From a virus: DNA of 64,000 nucleotides. Shown here piece after piece: positions 18,690-28,031 of this stretch. The stretch spans positions 1 through 64,000 of IMG/VR virus record IMGVR_UViG_3300043015_000560. One strand, given 5' to 3'. Below the pieces are notes generated by a model. It ran no database searches. It worked only from the letters and a program-made list of their open reading frames with translations, and was not told the origin of the DNA. Position 1 is the first letter of the stretch. Every line of letters begins with the position of its first letter. The translations under genes were made by a program, and so were the position numbers.

Positions 18690-19601
18690 ATGTCGTTTAA
18701 TTCACTATCGGATCTACGCAAAGCGCGTGGTGGCTTCGACAACTTAATGAAAGAAGTCGAAAAAATTGGTAACCCTAGTCAAGGAAATAATTCCGCTGAC
18801 GAACGGGAATGGAAACCCACAGTAGATAAAGCAGGCAACGGTTATGCCGTTATTCGCTTTCTTGCACCAACAAAAGGAGAGGAATTTCCTTGGGTGCGTT
18901 TATGGAATCATGGATTCCAAGGACCTACTGGCAAATGGTATATCGAAAACTCTCTCACTACCCTAAATCAGAATGACCCTGTTTCAGAATTGAACAGTGA
19001 ACTCTGGAATAGTGGCGTAGAGGCAAATAAGGAAATCGCTCGTAAACAAAAGCGAAGACTTGCATACTATGCTAATATTCTTGTAGTACAAGATTCTGGC
19101 AACCCTTCGAATGAAGGTAAAGTGATGCTTTACAAATTTGGTAAAAAGATCTTTGACAAAATTAAAGATGTTATGCAGCCACAATTTGAAGATGAAGCTC
19201 CACTTAACCCATTCGACTTCTGGGACGGTGCTAACTTTAAACTAAAAATTCGTCAAGTGGAAGGATACAGAAACTATGACAAATCTGAGTTTGATTCAGC
19301 ATCACCAGTAGCAGCAACCGATGAAGAAATCGAAGCAATCTGGAGTAAACAGCATTCTCTACAAGAGATCGTTGCTCCAAGCAACTTTAAAGATTACGCA
19401 ACTCTGAAAACGAAACTGACACAAGTTTTAGGATCAGGTGCTTCAGTCGGAACTGCAGAACAGGTTTCAATGCAAACTAACGATGCCGAAGATGATAACT
19501 TTGCACAAAAAGTTGTTGCTCAGCAAGCTACAGTAAGTAGCGCATCCGAAGATGAAGATGAAACTTTATCCTACTTCGCAAGTCTAGCACAAGACGACTA
19601 A
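18690..19601 (+). CDS. gp32: single-stranded DNA-binding protein
   Basis: DKAGNGYAVIRFL, GKWYIENSLTT, YKFGKKIFDKI, NPFDFWDGANFKLK, acidic tail ending SYFASLAQDD. Confidence 0.97.
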   Translation: MSFNSLSDLRKARGGFDNLMKEVEKIGNPSQGNNSADEREWKPTVDKAGNGYAVIRFLAPTKGEEFPWVRLWNHGFQGPTGKWYIENSLTTLNQNDPVSELNSELWNSGVEANKEIARKQKRRLAYYANILVVQDSGNPSNEGKVMLYKFGKKIFDKIKDVMQPQFEDEAPLNPFDFWDGANFKLKIRQVEGYRNYDKSEFDSASPVAATDEEIEAIWSKQHSLQEIVAPSNFKDYATLKTKLTQVLGSGASVGTAEQVSMQTNDAEDDNFAQKVVAQQATVSSASEDEDETLSYFASLAQDD

Positions 19602-19610
19602 GGAGTTTGT

Positions 19611-19639
19611 AAGGGGTCGGCAACGGCCCCTTCTTTTTT
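19611..19639 (+). terminator. intrinsic terminator after gp32
   Basis: AAGGGGTCG-GCAA-CGGCCCCTT stem with GNRA loop, then T run. Confidence 0.85.
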
Positions 19640-19642
19640 ATT

Positions 19643-20221
19643 ATGATAGTAATCTCAATGCCACGATGTGGTGGAACTAAATACTGCCAAGACTTGTCCA
19701 ATACAACAGGACTTCCTTATAAGGGAGACATGGACATTTACAACCTTCCCGAATTAGGATCGGTTTGGCACCATATTAAAACTACACACCACGAAACTAA
19801 TACTGGCGGATTGATTACAATCGACGATACTGTAGACACGGTATCTAACTATAAGGACAACATCGTTCTAATTAACAAAAACTTTACACCCATGTTACCA
19901 TTCGGCGATGTGTATTTAATTAGAAAGAACCTTAGAAACATCTTTACAAGTTTAACCGAGTATTGGCTACGAATAGGTGGGGGAGAGTTTCCTACCATAT
20001 TTAATGAAAAGAACTTGAAAGAGATGGCAGTTCAGTGTAAAATATACATTGAATATTTAAACAACAATAATATTGAACCGGTTTATTACGAAGATTATTT
20101 TAACGATCATCCTCACAATACACCAATACTAGATAACCACAAAGCTAAGGAAGCATACTTACACTTTATAGATGAGACTATGTCTCAATTAGGATTAAGC
20201 GCTCTTAGCTCAACTGGATAG
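19643..20221 (+). CDS. putative sulfotransferase-fold (P-loop) protein
   Basis: ISMPRCGGT resembles 5'-PSB loop, IRKNLRNIFTS resembles 3'-PB, VYYED. Confidence 0.45.
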   Translation: MIVISMPRCGGTKYCQDLSNTTGLPYKGDMDIYNLPELGSVWHHIKTTHHETNTGGLITIDDTVDTVSNYKDNIVLINKNFTPMLPFGDVYLIRKNLRNIFTSLTEYWLRIGGGEFPTIFNEKNLKEMAVQCKIYIEYLNNNNIEPVYYEDYFNDHPHNTPILDNHKAKEAYLHFIDETMSQLGLSALSSTG

Positions 20222-20275
20222 AGCAACGGCCTTCTAAGCCGTAGGTTGCAGGTTCGAGTCCTGCAGGGCGCGCCA
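20199..20275 (+). tRNA. tRNA-Arg(UCU)
   Basis: Acceptor GCGCTCT/AGGGCGC, anticodon arm ACGGC-CTTCTAA-GCCGT, T arm with GGTTCGAGTCC, encoded CCA. Confidence 0.96.
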
Positions 20276-20316
20276 ATTAACAGAGGTCATTATGACAAGT
20301 AAAAGAGTATATCGCA

Positions 20317-20526
20317 ATGACAATGCCGAATGAAAGACGTTGGGCAGTTAACAACACTAGACAGTTCCTTCTAGACTTAATGGATCCTAAGAAAACTCCT
20401 AGGGTACCAAGTGCTGTACGCAAAGAAGCATATCGTTGCTTAAAGCATTATCCAGGCGACTACCATATGGAAAAAGCGTCTGAACAGGCACCTAACATAT
20501 TTGGAGAGTGGGACAGTGGATTATAA
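20317..20526 (+). CDS. conserved hypothetical protein (BPSL0761-like)
   Basis: MTMPNERRWAV..FLLDL..VRKEAYRCLKHYP pattern. Confidence 0.6.
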   Translation: MTMPNERRWAVNNTRQFLLDLMDPKKTPRVPSAVRKEAYRCLKHYPGDYHMEKASEQAPNIFGEWDSGL

Positions 20527-20854
20527 TCCAGACAGTTGGGTAGTATTAAAGATTAAAGAAGGCAAAGGTACATTCCCTTTTTACAAAGTTCTAGCAGGTT
20601 GGAGTGGTGGTTACTTGGATGGTGACTCTTGGCGTATGAACAGCGGTATCACTGGTGTAGAGAAACAGGCATATCTGTATGGATTCTACGGTAGTTCTGG
20701 TTCTGTGTATTGGTGTCATAAAGGAGGTTATCGCTTGTCAATGTCGCTCGCTGGAGTGTATAATCAACTCAAAGAGAAAGAGAAATTCAAAGGTCAGATT
20801 CAACTGATGCCCGAAGATACTGATTGGCTTAGTATTGATTGGGTGATAGAATGA
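20516..20854 (+). CDS. conserved hypothetical phage protein
   Basis: YNPDSWVV..YKVLAGWSGGYLDGDSWRMNSGI..GSSGSVY; GTG start 20516 assumed. Confidence 0.65.
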   Translation: MDYNPDSWVVLKIKEGKGTFPFYKVLAGWSGGYLDGDSWRMNSGITGVEKQAYLYGFYGSSGSVYWCHKGGYRLSMSLAGVYNQLKEKEKFKGQIQLMPEDTDWLSIDWVIE

Positions 20855-20870
20855 CATTATATATAAGAAC

Positions 20871-21164
20871 ATGAAAAAAGTACAACCAAAACAAATGGAC
20901 TCTGTAAGGGAAACAATCGACAAACTCGACAGACTTCTTGTAGAATTAATTGGCCAACGTATAACTCAAATAGAACAAGCAGCCTTTATTAAAGGGGATA
21001 GGAATCTTATTATTGATGAATGGCGTATCGAAGACGTTATTACAAAGGTAAGAGCCGCTGCTGAAACCCACTATGTTAATCCAAATTTAGTAGAAAAAGT
21101 TTGGAGAGTATTAATTGACGAATCTATCAAACATGAATTTGATGTTTACGATTCTAGCAATTAA
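20871..21164 (+). CDS. AroQ-type (type II) chorismate mutase / PchB-like protein
   Basis: VRETIDKLDRLLVELIGQR..AAFIK..DEWRIEDVI..VWRVLIDESIKHE. Confidence 0.8.
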   Translation: MKKVQPKQMDSVRETIDKLDRLLVELIGQRITQIEQAAFIKGDRNLIIDEWRIEDVITKVRAAAETHYVNPNLVEKVWRVLIDESIKHEFDVYDSSN

Positions 21165-24010
21165 CCTCGATATCTACGATCCTGATAACGTTCAATTGTA
21201 TTAGTATTTGGCCTAGGAGTAGGTGCATTGGCTACGACAACTTTAGGTTCTTTACTAGCGCCACCACCACTATTATTTGTAACATTGTTAATCACAGGAG
21301 CCGGTGCGTTTTGTGACGCTGGCATATTCTCTAGAGCAGTGCCTGTAGGTACAGGTTGTCCCGGAGCAGCAGTAGCTATCATTGTTCCTTGTTCTAATTG
21401 ATCGGCTGACTCAAACTTGTCTTCGGGCTTGCCGAATATCCGATCGTTTTCTGATCGGAGAGTCTTCTCTAGTCCTGTTTCAGCGCTATCATCTGACAGG
21501 AAAGGGTGATCGGTGTGAGCACCTGAGTCCGGATACAGCATCTGCATAGATTTTTCCTGTAACTCTTCAGGTACATCCTGTCCGTTGATTTTAGTTACCT
21601 TGCCCATCTTTACTGTAGCTTCCACTTTACCTTTACTTGTATCAATACCCATCTCTTGAGCGATCTGTTCAACTACAGCGGTCTTATGATCACCTTCTTT
21701 TTTTCTTCGCTCAATTTGATTTTGTCTTCTGTTAGAGGCACCACCGGCAAGTCCTTCTGCTTGTTCAGGGTTAGAGGTATCAGTGGTTTCTAGTTTGGAT
21801 AAGTCTACATTAGCACCTTCTGCTTGTAGTTTTTGTATTGCCGCATCTTTGTTTTGTATGGCCTTTACAAGTCCCGCATTCTTCATTGCTGCCTTATCAT
21901 TATCAGAGTATTCATCTTCTGATTTGTCACCTAACAGTGCTTGATAATTATCTTCAGCTTGTTTCTCAATCTCTGCTCTTAACTCTGGGTTTACTTCTTC
22001 AATTTTATCTAAAGCTACTTGGGCTGCCTCATTTGATTCTGCAATCTCGCCCGGATCGACGGGTATTGCATCTGCTAAAGCCTCGCCTGCTTTACCACCT
22101 AACCAACTACCACCAAAGTATCCTAAAGCACCACCTATAATACCACCAATAGCTGTACCAACAATAGGAACAACAGAGCCAATAGCTGCACCTGCGGCCG
22201 CCCCTGCTATAGCTCCACCAGCACCACCGGCACCTGAACCAATGGCCTCACCTTTTTGTGATTGTGCTTCTTCCGCGGAGATTTCTAAATTCTCCATTTT
22301 ATTTTCGGCGGACATGACACCTGTTACTGCTTCATAGGCACCCATGCCCACACCCGCAATGGCACCGCCGAAGCGGCCAATACTGCCCATGGCGCCCTTC
22401 ATTACACCACCGCCGAGTAATCCTTTACTTGTTCCTTTTAAGGCCTTGCCGATTTTACCCATTCTGCTTTTAGGTTTCCGGCCGCTTTTGTTTTTACCTT
22501 TGTTTTTACCACCGAAGCCGCCAAAGAATCCACCGCCGCCATCGCTGCCACCCATACCACCGTTGGCAGCAACATCTTCTAAAATGTCTTTGATGTCTTC
22601 TAGAAGTTCTACTTGTTTTTGACCTGTAGTCTCTTTATCTATTCCACTTTTAAATGTTCCATCACCTGGCTTAGTGCTTGTTGCTCTAGCTTGGGCTACC
22701 TTACTAGTGTTGTTATTAGTAGTATTCTCAGTAGTCTTTGTATTTGTAATCTTATTATTGTTTTCTTCTGTAGCAGAATCTAGTGCTTGACTAGTGTTAT
22801 TAGATGTTTTTATAGAGTCTGTTTTTATTTTTACAGTCTCAGCTTTAATTTCTTTTGTTCCACCTTCTATAGTGTTGGTTTGAATCTCTTTACTAGACTC
22901 TTTTTCTATAGTAGACTCTTTTTCTATAGTAGACTCTTTTTCCTTAGAAGCGCCTTTAGTTTTCTTAGACTCAGCGGGAGATTTAACATCAACTTCATCT
23001 CCGCCAATTAACTGTAGACCCTCTGCACCAACGGCAGCTGCCATACCTTTGGCTTGGTCTTCTTTGGCAATTTCCATACGAGCATTTTTAGCTTGCTGTG
23101 CGTCGGCGGCTTTATCGCCTGTTCCCAATACCTTAGATGCTAGGCCGCTCATTATACCACCACCGCCAGATAAGCCGCCGGTATTGGCATCACCGAATAA
23201 ACGTGTTGGACTGAATGCTTGTTTTACTGCTGTTAATCCTGTAGCACCTTGATCTATATTAAGAGCTTCTTTTATTCTACTACCGGATCTTAAATCTTTT
23301 TTAACATTGTCTAAACCCAATGCCTGGTTTATCTTGTCTTTATTGTCGCCTGCTTTTGTTTCTAGTCTAGCAACTTGTTTAGATATTTCATTTTTGGCTT
23401 TCTCTGCATCCTTACCTTTGAGGTCTTGTGCATTAGCCATAAGTTCGACAAGTTTCTTTAGCTCTGCTTGTGTTTCATCGCCTTCTTTTTCAAATATTTC
23501 TTGTAGGGTACCTGCATTGTCGCCAATATTTTTAGATAAACCTGCAGATGCTTTAGCTGCTCCAAACCCTAAGGTACTTGTATTCTCTTCCATTGCGCCA
23601 ATAGTTTTACCTTTTCTAATACTATTAGCTAGTGACGCTATTCTAGATTCACTATCATCGAACCTTTCTTCAGTAGCATATTGTCCAGATGTTTCGTCTC
23701 TGAATTTTTCTCTGCCTTGCTTGTCGGTTTCCTTTCTTACTAATGTTTCACCGCCAATTTTAAGTCTACGCATTTGGTTGTTGGCATCGCCGCGAACGGA
23801 TCTAGCTCGGACATCTTTTAAGTCTTCGTTCGTCGTATCTGATAACACTTCAGTAGAGAGATTTCTTGTTTTATCATAAGACTGTATACCCTCTGATCTA
23901 GAATCTTCTAGCGCAGATGCCGAGCCACTTTGTTTGAGCTCGTTATCCTTCATGGACTCTTCTCGCAAGTCCTTTTTACGGGTGTCTTTTAAATCGTCTC
24001 TTTCAGCCAT
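21161..24010 (-). CDS. tail tape measure / baseplate hub protein (gp29-like)
   Basis: 949 aa, coiled-coil N-terminus, glycine-zipper GAAAGAAIGSVVPIVGTAIGGIIGG, PVINNVTNN near C-terminus; downstream of gp26. Confidence 0.7.
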   Translation of the reverse strand: MAERDDLKDTRKKDLREESMKDNELKQSGSASALEDSRSEGIQSYDKTRNLSTEVLSDTTNEDLKDVRARSVRGDANNQMRRLKIGGETLVRKETDKQGREKFRDETSGQYATEERFDDSESRIASLANSIRKGKTIGAMEENTSTLGFGAAKASAGLSKNIGDNAGTLQEIFEKEGDETQAELKKLVELMANAQDLKGKDAEKAKNEISKQVARLETKAGDNKDKINQALGLDNVKKDLRSGSRIKEALNIDQGATGLTAVKQAFSPTRLFGDANTGGLSGGGGIMSGLASKVLGTGDKAADAQQAKNARMEIAKEDQAKGMAAAVGAEGLQLIGGDEVDVKSPAESKKTKGASKEKESTIEKESTIEKESSKEIQTNTIEGGTKEIKAETVKIKTDSIKTSNNTSQALDSATEENNNKITNTKTTENTTNNNTSKVAQARATSTKPGDGTFKSGIDKETTGQKQVELLEDIKDILEDVAANGGMGGSDGGGGFFGGFGGKNKGKNKSGRKPKSRMGKIGKALKGTSKGLLGGGVMKGAMGSIGRFGGAIAGVGMGAYEAVTGVMSAENKMENLEISAEEAQSQKGEAIGSGAGGAGGAIAGAAAGAAIGSVVPIVGTAIGGIIGGALGYFGGSWLGGKAGEALADAIPVDPGEIAESNEAAQVALDKIEEVNPELRAEIEKQAEDNYQALLGDKSEDEYSDNDKAAMKNAGLVKAIQNKDAAIQKLQAEGANVDLSKLETTDTSNPEQAEGLAGGASNRRQNQIERRKKEGDHKTAVVEQIAQEMGIDTSKGKVEATVKMGKVTKINGQDVPEELQEKSMQMLYPDSGAHTDHPFLSDDSAETGLEKTLRSENDRIFGKPEDKFESADQLEQGTMIATAAPGQPVPTGTALENMPASQNAPAPVINNVTNNSGGGASKEPKVVVANAPTPRPNTNTIERYQDRRYRG

Positions 24011-24015
24011 CGCTT

Positions 24016-24204
24016 TTAACCTTGTTGTTTAGACCTCTCAGCCTTTTTCTTTAAATGTGTTATTAACATAGCAACGTAAACTTCTCTTTCCCATGGCATC
24101 ATATTTTCTAGTTCCGTCAAACTGTAATGATGTTCTTGCATTAACAAAAAATTAGTCTTGTAATAATTCTCAAGACTATCCTGAGAAAGAGTTAGGCGAA
24201 AAAA
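24016..24204 (-). CDS. small ORF of the type often annotated gp51 in marine T4-like phages; probably the -1 frameshift extension of gp26 (not in ORF track)
   Basis: Open -1 frame from T TTT TTC (24204-24198): FFRLTLSQDSLENYYKTNFLLMQEHHYSLTELENMMPWEREVYVAMLITHLKKKAERSKQQG*; internal ATG at 24141. Confidence 0.75.
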   Translation of the reverse strand, partial: FFRLTLSQDSLENYYKTNFLLMQEHHYSLTELENMMPWEREVYVAMLITHLKKKAERSKQQG

Positions 24205-24884
24205 TGTTCGTATCCATTGATATTAACACTGTTCTGCCCTTCACATTTAGGACACTTGAAATCAATCGTGTGCCCGAGTAAAGGAACATTCTCAAAAAAT
24301 TCTTTAACTTTTGAAAGTGTATTTACTGGCATATTGTCTATATATTCAATTAACTCTTTATAATCTATATCCTTTGCTTCCCAAACTTCATCTTCACTAT
24401 AGATGCATTCAACGCATTCTAAGATGAGTTCGTCGTCTTGTAGATTTTCCGCTTTGCCCATTGTTTTGGCGGACGGGTATTTTAAAACAATACCGTTCTT
24501 ATCGTCAATTTCAATCTTTCTATTAGCCTTTTCTTCTAGTCCAACAAGTTTGAAATCGTTCAAGTTTACCTGCCATGGCAAATTAGCAGAACAATGTCCA
24601 CAAATAAGAGTGAACTCTTGTAACTCACTTACTGACTTAGATCTAAGTTGTAAGAAGATCCACTGTAAATCAAACATAGGAATCTCTTCCACATCCAATT
24701 CGCCAAAGGAACAGTTACTTACAACCTGTTGACAAGCTGCCACCATTTCAGAGGCATCTTCAGCCTCGCTAGCAAGTGTTAATATTTTTTCTTCTTTTAC
24801 AAGAAAAGGCCTAAATTTCATCTCTTTTTTAGATGAAGGTATTTCCAACTTAAATGTTGGCGTTTCAATTGTGGGTAATCCCAT
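24192..24884 (-). CDS. gp26: baseplate hub assembly chaperone
   Basis: LPTIETP, FRPFLVKEEKIL, FLQLRSKSV, two CxxC pairs, C-terminal HFF. Confidence 0.9.
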   Translation of the reverse strand: MGLPTIETPTFKLEIPSSKKEMKFRPFLVKEEKILTLASEAEDASEMVAACQQVVSNCSFGELDVEEIPMFDLQWIFLQLRSKSVSELQEFTLICGHCSANLPWQVNLNDFKLVGLEEKANRKIEIDDKNGIVLKYPSAKTMGKAENLQDDELILECVECIYSEDEVWEAKDIDYKELIEYIDNMPVNTLSKVKEFFENVPLLGHTIDFKCPKCEGQNSVNINGYEHFFA

Positions 24885-24906
24885 TATATTCTCCTAATAA
24901 ATAAAA

Positions 24907-25437
24907 TCAAATTCGCTCCCAATACGTGGAAGCCATTGTTATTGAACACCTAATTGCTGATGTGTTTGCCGATGATACGGGAATCAAACTCAAAAGTTTA
25001 GGCATTGTTTCATAAAATTTCCATCCAGCTAATACTGAATCGTCCACAGCCAAAGAGTATATAGATATTGATCCGTATATATCTTCTGGATATGAAGTTT
25101 CTTTAGACACAGGATCAGAGCAAAGAAAAGCCCAGTTTTCAAACGCTGTTCTAATGCCCCAGTTTTGGTCTGCTAAGAAAGTGAACACCGCTTCTGCACC
25201 TAAGAACTCTAAGTTTTGTGTTCTATACTCTGTCCAAGCACCAATTCTAAAAGGCAGGTTTGTTGCAACCAATCCAGGTATTTGTGCTTCTTCACATAAT
25301 ATTGAAGTTGTTCTAGCGACGTCAGGTGGTAAGGCAAGACTGCCAGGAAAGTTGACAACCACCTCAAACCTATCGGAACGAGGAGTATGTGAACTTCTAA
25401 CTGTAGCTAGAAAATTACCAAAATTATTTTGTGCCAT
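24907..25437 (-). CDS. tail tube-fold protein (gp54/gp19-like tube initiator)
   Basis: RSDRFEV, CEEAQIPG, IRTAFENW pattern; synteny. Confidence 0.7.
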   Translation of the reverse strand: MAQNNFGNFLATVRSSHTPRSDRFEVVVNFPGSLALPPDVARTTSILCEEAQIPGLVATNLPFRIGAWTEYRTQNLEFLGAEAVFTFLADQNWGIRTAFENWAFLCSDPVSKETSYPEDIYGSISIYSLAVDDSVLAGWKFYETMPKLLSLIPVSSANTSAIRCSITMASTYWERI

Positions 25438-25988
25438 TATAGTAGCTCCCTACTGTCTCTCCAAACCTCGGCATTGTCTGCACCTTGGAAGTCTGCCAGC
25501 GGAAGGAAGATTGCCGGTTTCCAATGATCTGGATTGATTTTTAAAAATTGTGACTTGACCCCATCTATACGATATCGCTTAATACACGCTTTAATTCCTG
25601 GAAATTTTTGTATTATGCCCCAACTAGTTGATGTGAACTTTCCGTCTTTAGAAATGTTTAATAGCTTTGCGAATAAATCGGCTCTAAGCATAGGGGGTAG
25701 GTAATGTAAGTTGATGCCGTAGAAACCACCTTTAGTATTTTCTACGGGTATACACAAAGGGAATCTATCCCAATACGGGAGTCGGTCTTTGTGTTTAGCA
25801 TCATATAAGAACATATAGAGGCCACTATTAACTTCAAGAGAGTTTTTTAGTTCTCCCAAGTCAGAGCGTCTAGCATCTACAGGTGAATTAATGCCGCTAG
25901 CTAGCTTACGAACAGCTGTCATATACCATTGATATGATCTGTCTTTGTTTCCTGCTTGTCCAGATAACTGGTGAAATACGTCTTTCAT
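25437..25988 (-). CDS. gp2: DNA end protector protein
   Basis: YDAKHKDRLPYWDRFPL, GINLHYLPP, CIKRY, AIFLP, VWRDS. Confidence 0.92.
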   Translation of the reverse strand: MKDVFHQLSGQAGNKDRSYQWYMTAVRKLASGINSPVDARRSDLGELKNSLEVNSGLYMFLYDAKHKDRLPYWDRFPLCIPVENTKGGFYGINLHYLPPMLRADLFAKLLNISKDGKFTSTSWGIIQKFPGIKACIKRYRIDGVKSQFLKINPDHWKPAIFLPLADFQGADNAEVWRDSRELL

Positions 25989-25993
25989 AAACG

Positions 25994-26001
25994 TATTTAT
26001 A
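25994..26001 (-). promoter_or_regulatory. T4-type late promoter for gp2
   Basis: TATTTATA on plus (TATAAATA on minus), 5 nt before ATG 25988. Confidence 0.75.
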
Positions 26002-26440
26002 AGGGTAAGCCTAGTTCCTTTTCAGTTATTATCATAAATTCCCACCCTCTGTCTAAACAAAACTCTGTAGCAGTTTCCCATTTAGCTAGATTAACACCGT
26101 ATGTCATAACCTCATTAATAAATCTTTTGGTTTTACGTTTAGGTATTACGGGTTCCTTTGTGAATCTATAAGGCTTAACTTCGATTAAATATTTTTTAGA
26201 TTCAGTCTTTACAAAGAAGTCTGGAAAATATCTGTGTATCTTTTTATCCAGAGGCGATCTATAAGGTATTACAATTTCTTCAGATCCCCAAGCAAGCACA
26301 TCTGTATTAGTATCACACCAATTCATAAACTTTAACTCATAACTAGATCTGTATATAATCTCCATAGAGTTGCCAACGTATTTCTCAGGATTGTTACAAA
26401 CAAACCTGCCCTTATAAACATTCTTAGAATACATTACCAT
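25997..26440 (-). CDS. gp4: head completion nuclease (TnsA-like)
   Basis: YKGRF..NPEKYVG..YRSSYE..WCD..WGSEE..HRYFPDF..EVKP..NLAKW..ITEKEL. Confidence 0.93.
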   Translation of the reverse strand: MVMYSKNVYKGRFVCNNPEKYVGNSMEIIYRSSYELKFMNWCDTNTDVLAWGSEEIVIPYRSPLDKKIHRYFPDFFVKTESKKYLIEVKPYRFTKEPVIPKRKTKRFINEVMTYGVNLAKWETATEFCLDRGWEFMIITEKELGLPL

Positions 26441-26697
26441 TCCTCTATCATAGGTTTTAGTTTTTTGGTGTGTAAATCTTCTAACATTTTAACAATGGGT
26501 TGCCCGTCGGTTAGTAGAAATAAATCCATATCTTCTTTTGTCTGTGTTACAAATGTCATTCTGATTCTCACAGGATCTGTTTGATCCGGGAAAAATTCTA
26601 TATCATCAGTAAACTGTGCCGTCTTTAAGACATCTTCTATGACATTAAAATCAAGAGCAAGGTTGTCTCTGATAAAGCTTAATCGCCAAGTGTACAC
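26434..26697 (-). CDS. hypothetical protein
   Basis: ORF overlapping both neighbours in an operon. Confidence 0.55.
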   Translation of the reverse strand: MYTWRLSFIRDNLALDFNVIEDVLKTAQFTDDIEFFPDQTDPVRIRMTFVTQTKEDMDLFLLTDGQPIVKMLEDLHTKKLKPMIEEW

Positions 26698-27992
26698 AAA
26701 TATCCTCTCAATTGATCCATATTAACTTTGGTTTCTGTAGTAAAATCTTTCTTGTTTAATGTCGTAATAGTTTTAAATATATTTGTATTTATCCTATCTG
26801 TATTGTAGCTAACAGTAGGCTCCCATAGAACTAAGTGTAAGTCTTCTCCTACAATGTCAAACTCTCCAGCATAATGTTTACTTACAAAATTATCTAAAAC
26901 GTGTTTTTTATCTCTACCCATATGTATCCAGGTGTTTCCTTTTTTATTTAATTGATCGCCTAACAATCTTTTATTAGGCCATAGTTCGCAGTTAACAACT
27001 ACTCTGTCATCTACAAGTTCCATGGTATAAAAGTCATCTGGTTGACAACCTAAACTGCTCTTTGTCCAATCACTATCTTTTGTAACATGATTGACTAGAA
27101 GTGGAATACCGGTGTCGATAGAACCGAAGTGAGACATAAATTCAATATTATTTTCCTCACACAATCCTACAAAATAATCTGGCACTGTAAATCCACTCAT
27201 GTTAATTAATAAGGTTGTATCTAATTTGGGTATTGCTTTTAAGAATATATCCATACACCGCATATTGATCATCATCATTTTAGTTGGTTGCCATTTAACT
27301 ATTTCATCTGCAAACCAACCTGAAATATGTTCAACTGTCATTGGATTCATTACAATGTTTCTGTGATTGTCAGATGCCATTAGGCTAGGAAACAAATGAG
27401 TTAATATGCTACTAGCGTGGTGCATATTTTTACTGTGAACAACTTTATCATCTTTTACAAACTTGAACACATCTATATTTCTTTTGGATATTGTATAAAC
27501 CTCATTCTGCGTAAACAGCACTGGCTTAGAATCACTTGTTGTGCCTGAGGTCGAGCCTAATAGATAAGGAGTATGTAATTCGTTAAATTTATCTTCACAT
27601 TCTTCATAATAATTTAAAATATCGTCTTCGTGTAAAACATTCTCACTATAACGCTCTACCATAATGTGGTGAATAGGATGAGATTTTAACCAATCACATT
27701 CTACTGTAAACTTAACGGGTCCAAACAAACCTAACTTTGTTTTGTGTATTGTTTGTGGGTTTACAGGGAAATCTAATATGAAAAGGATCAATCCTAATTC
27801 AGCGGCTGCAAAAGACAACGCAACTTGATTAACGTTAACTTCCATAATTGATATAGCAAGTTTATCGCCTTTCTCAGCGTTATACTTATGTTTTAAGAGG
27901 TGTTTCCAGCGATTTGTTAGACTAATAATATCAGATTTAGTGTATCCATCATAATCAAGCGAATCATTAATAATATTTGTTGTGAGCATCAA
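26679..27992 (-). CDS. adenylate-forming (ANL / acyl-CoA ligase-like) enzyme
   Basis: STSGTTSDSK (A3 P-loop), HFGSIDTG (A5-like), LGD (A7), GRD (A8), TKVNMDQLR (A10 Lys). Confidence 0.65.
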   Translation of the reverse strand: MMLTTNIINDSLDYDGYTKSDIISLTNRWKHLLKHKYNAEKGDKLAISIMEVNVNQVALSFAAAELGLILFILDFPVNPQTIHKTKLGLFGPVKFTVECDWLKSHPIHHIMVERYSENVLHEDDILNYYEECEDKFNELHTPYLLGSTSGTTSDSKPVLFTQNEVYTISKRNIDVFKFVKDDKVVHSKNMHHASSILTHLFPSLMASDNHRNIVMNPMTVEHISGWFADEIVKWQPTKMMMINMRCMDIFLKAIPKLDTTLLINMSGFTVPDYFVGLCEENNIEFMSHFGSIDTGIPLLVNHVTKDSDWTKSSLGCQPDDFYTMELVDDRVVVNCELWPNKRLLGDQLNKKGNTWIHMGRDKKHVLDNFVSKHYAGEFDIVGEDLHLVLWEPTVSYNTDRINTNIFKTITTLNKKDFTTETKVNMDQLRGYLCTLGD

Positions 27993-27999
27993 TAGGCCT

Positions 28000-28007
28000 T
28001 ATAAATA
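28000..28007 (+). promoter_or_regulatory. T4-type late promoter for baseplate operon
   Basis: TATAAATA upstream of ATG 28039. Confidence 0.8.
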
Positions 28008-28031
28008 AAGTAAAGTTTAACATACAAAGGA

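Noticed and set aside
22894-22941. 18-bp tandem repeat (KESTIE) in the tape measure gene
   Set aside because: Short in-frame slippage duplication in a low-complexity region; no evidence of a separate function
21838-23879. Plus-strand ORFs opposite the tape measure gene, and similar antisense ORFs across the window (e.g. 999-1469, 10704-11150, 57469-58266, 63362-63835)
   Set aside because: Shadow frames of well-supported genes, with no RBS or recognisable motifs
25997-26440. Transposase (TnsA-like) or mobile element
   Set aside because: Sequence and position next to gp2 match the T4 core head completion protein gp4; no other transposon genes or ends seen
26434-26697. Acyl or peptidyl carrier protein partner for the ANL enzyme
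   Set aside because: No (D/H)S(L/I) phosphopantetheine attachment motif
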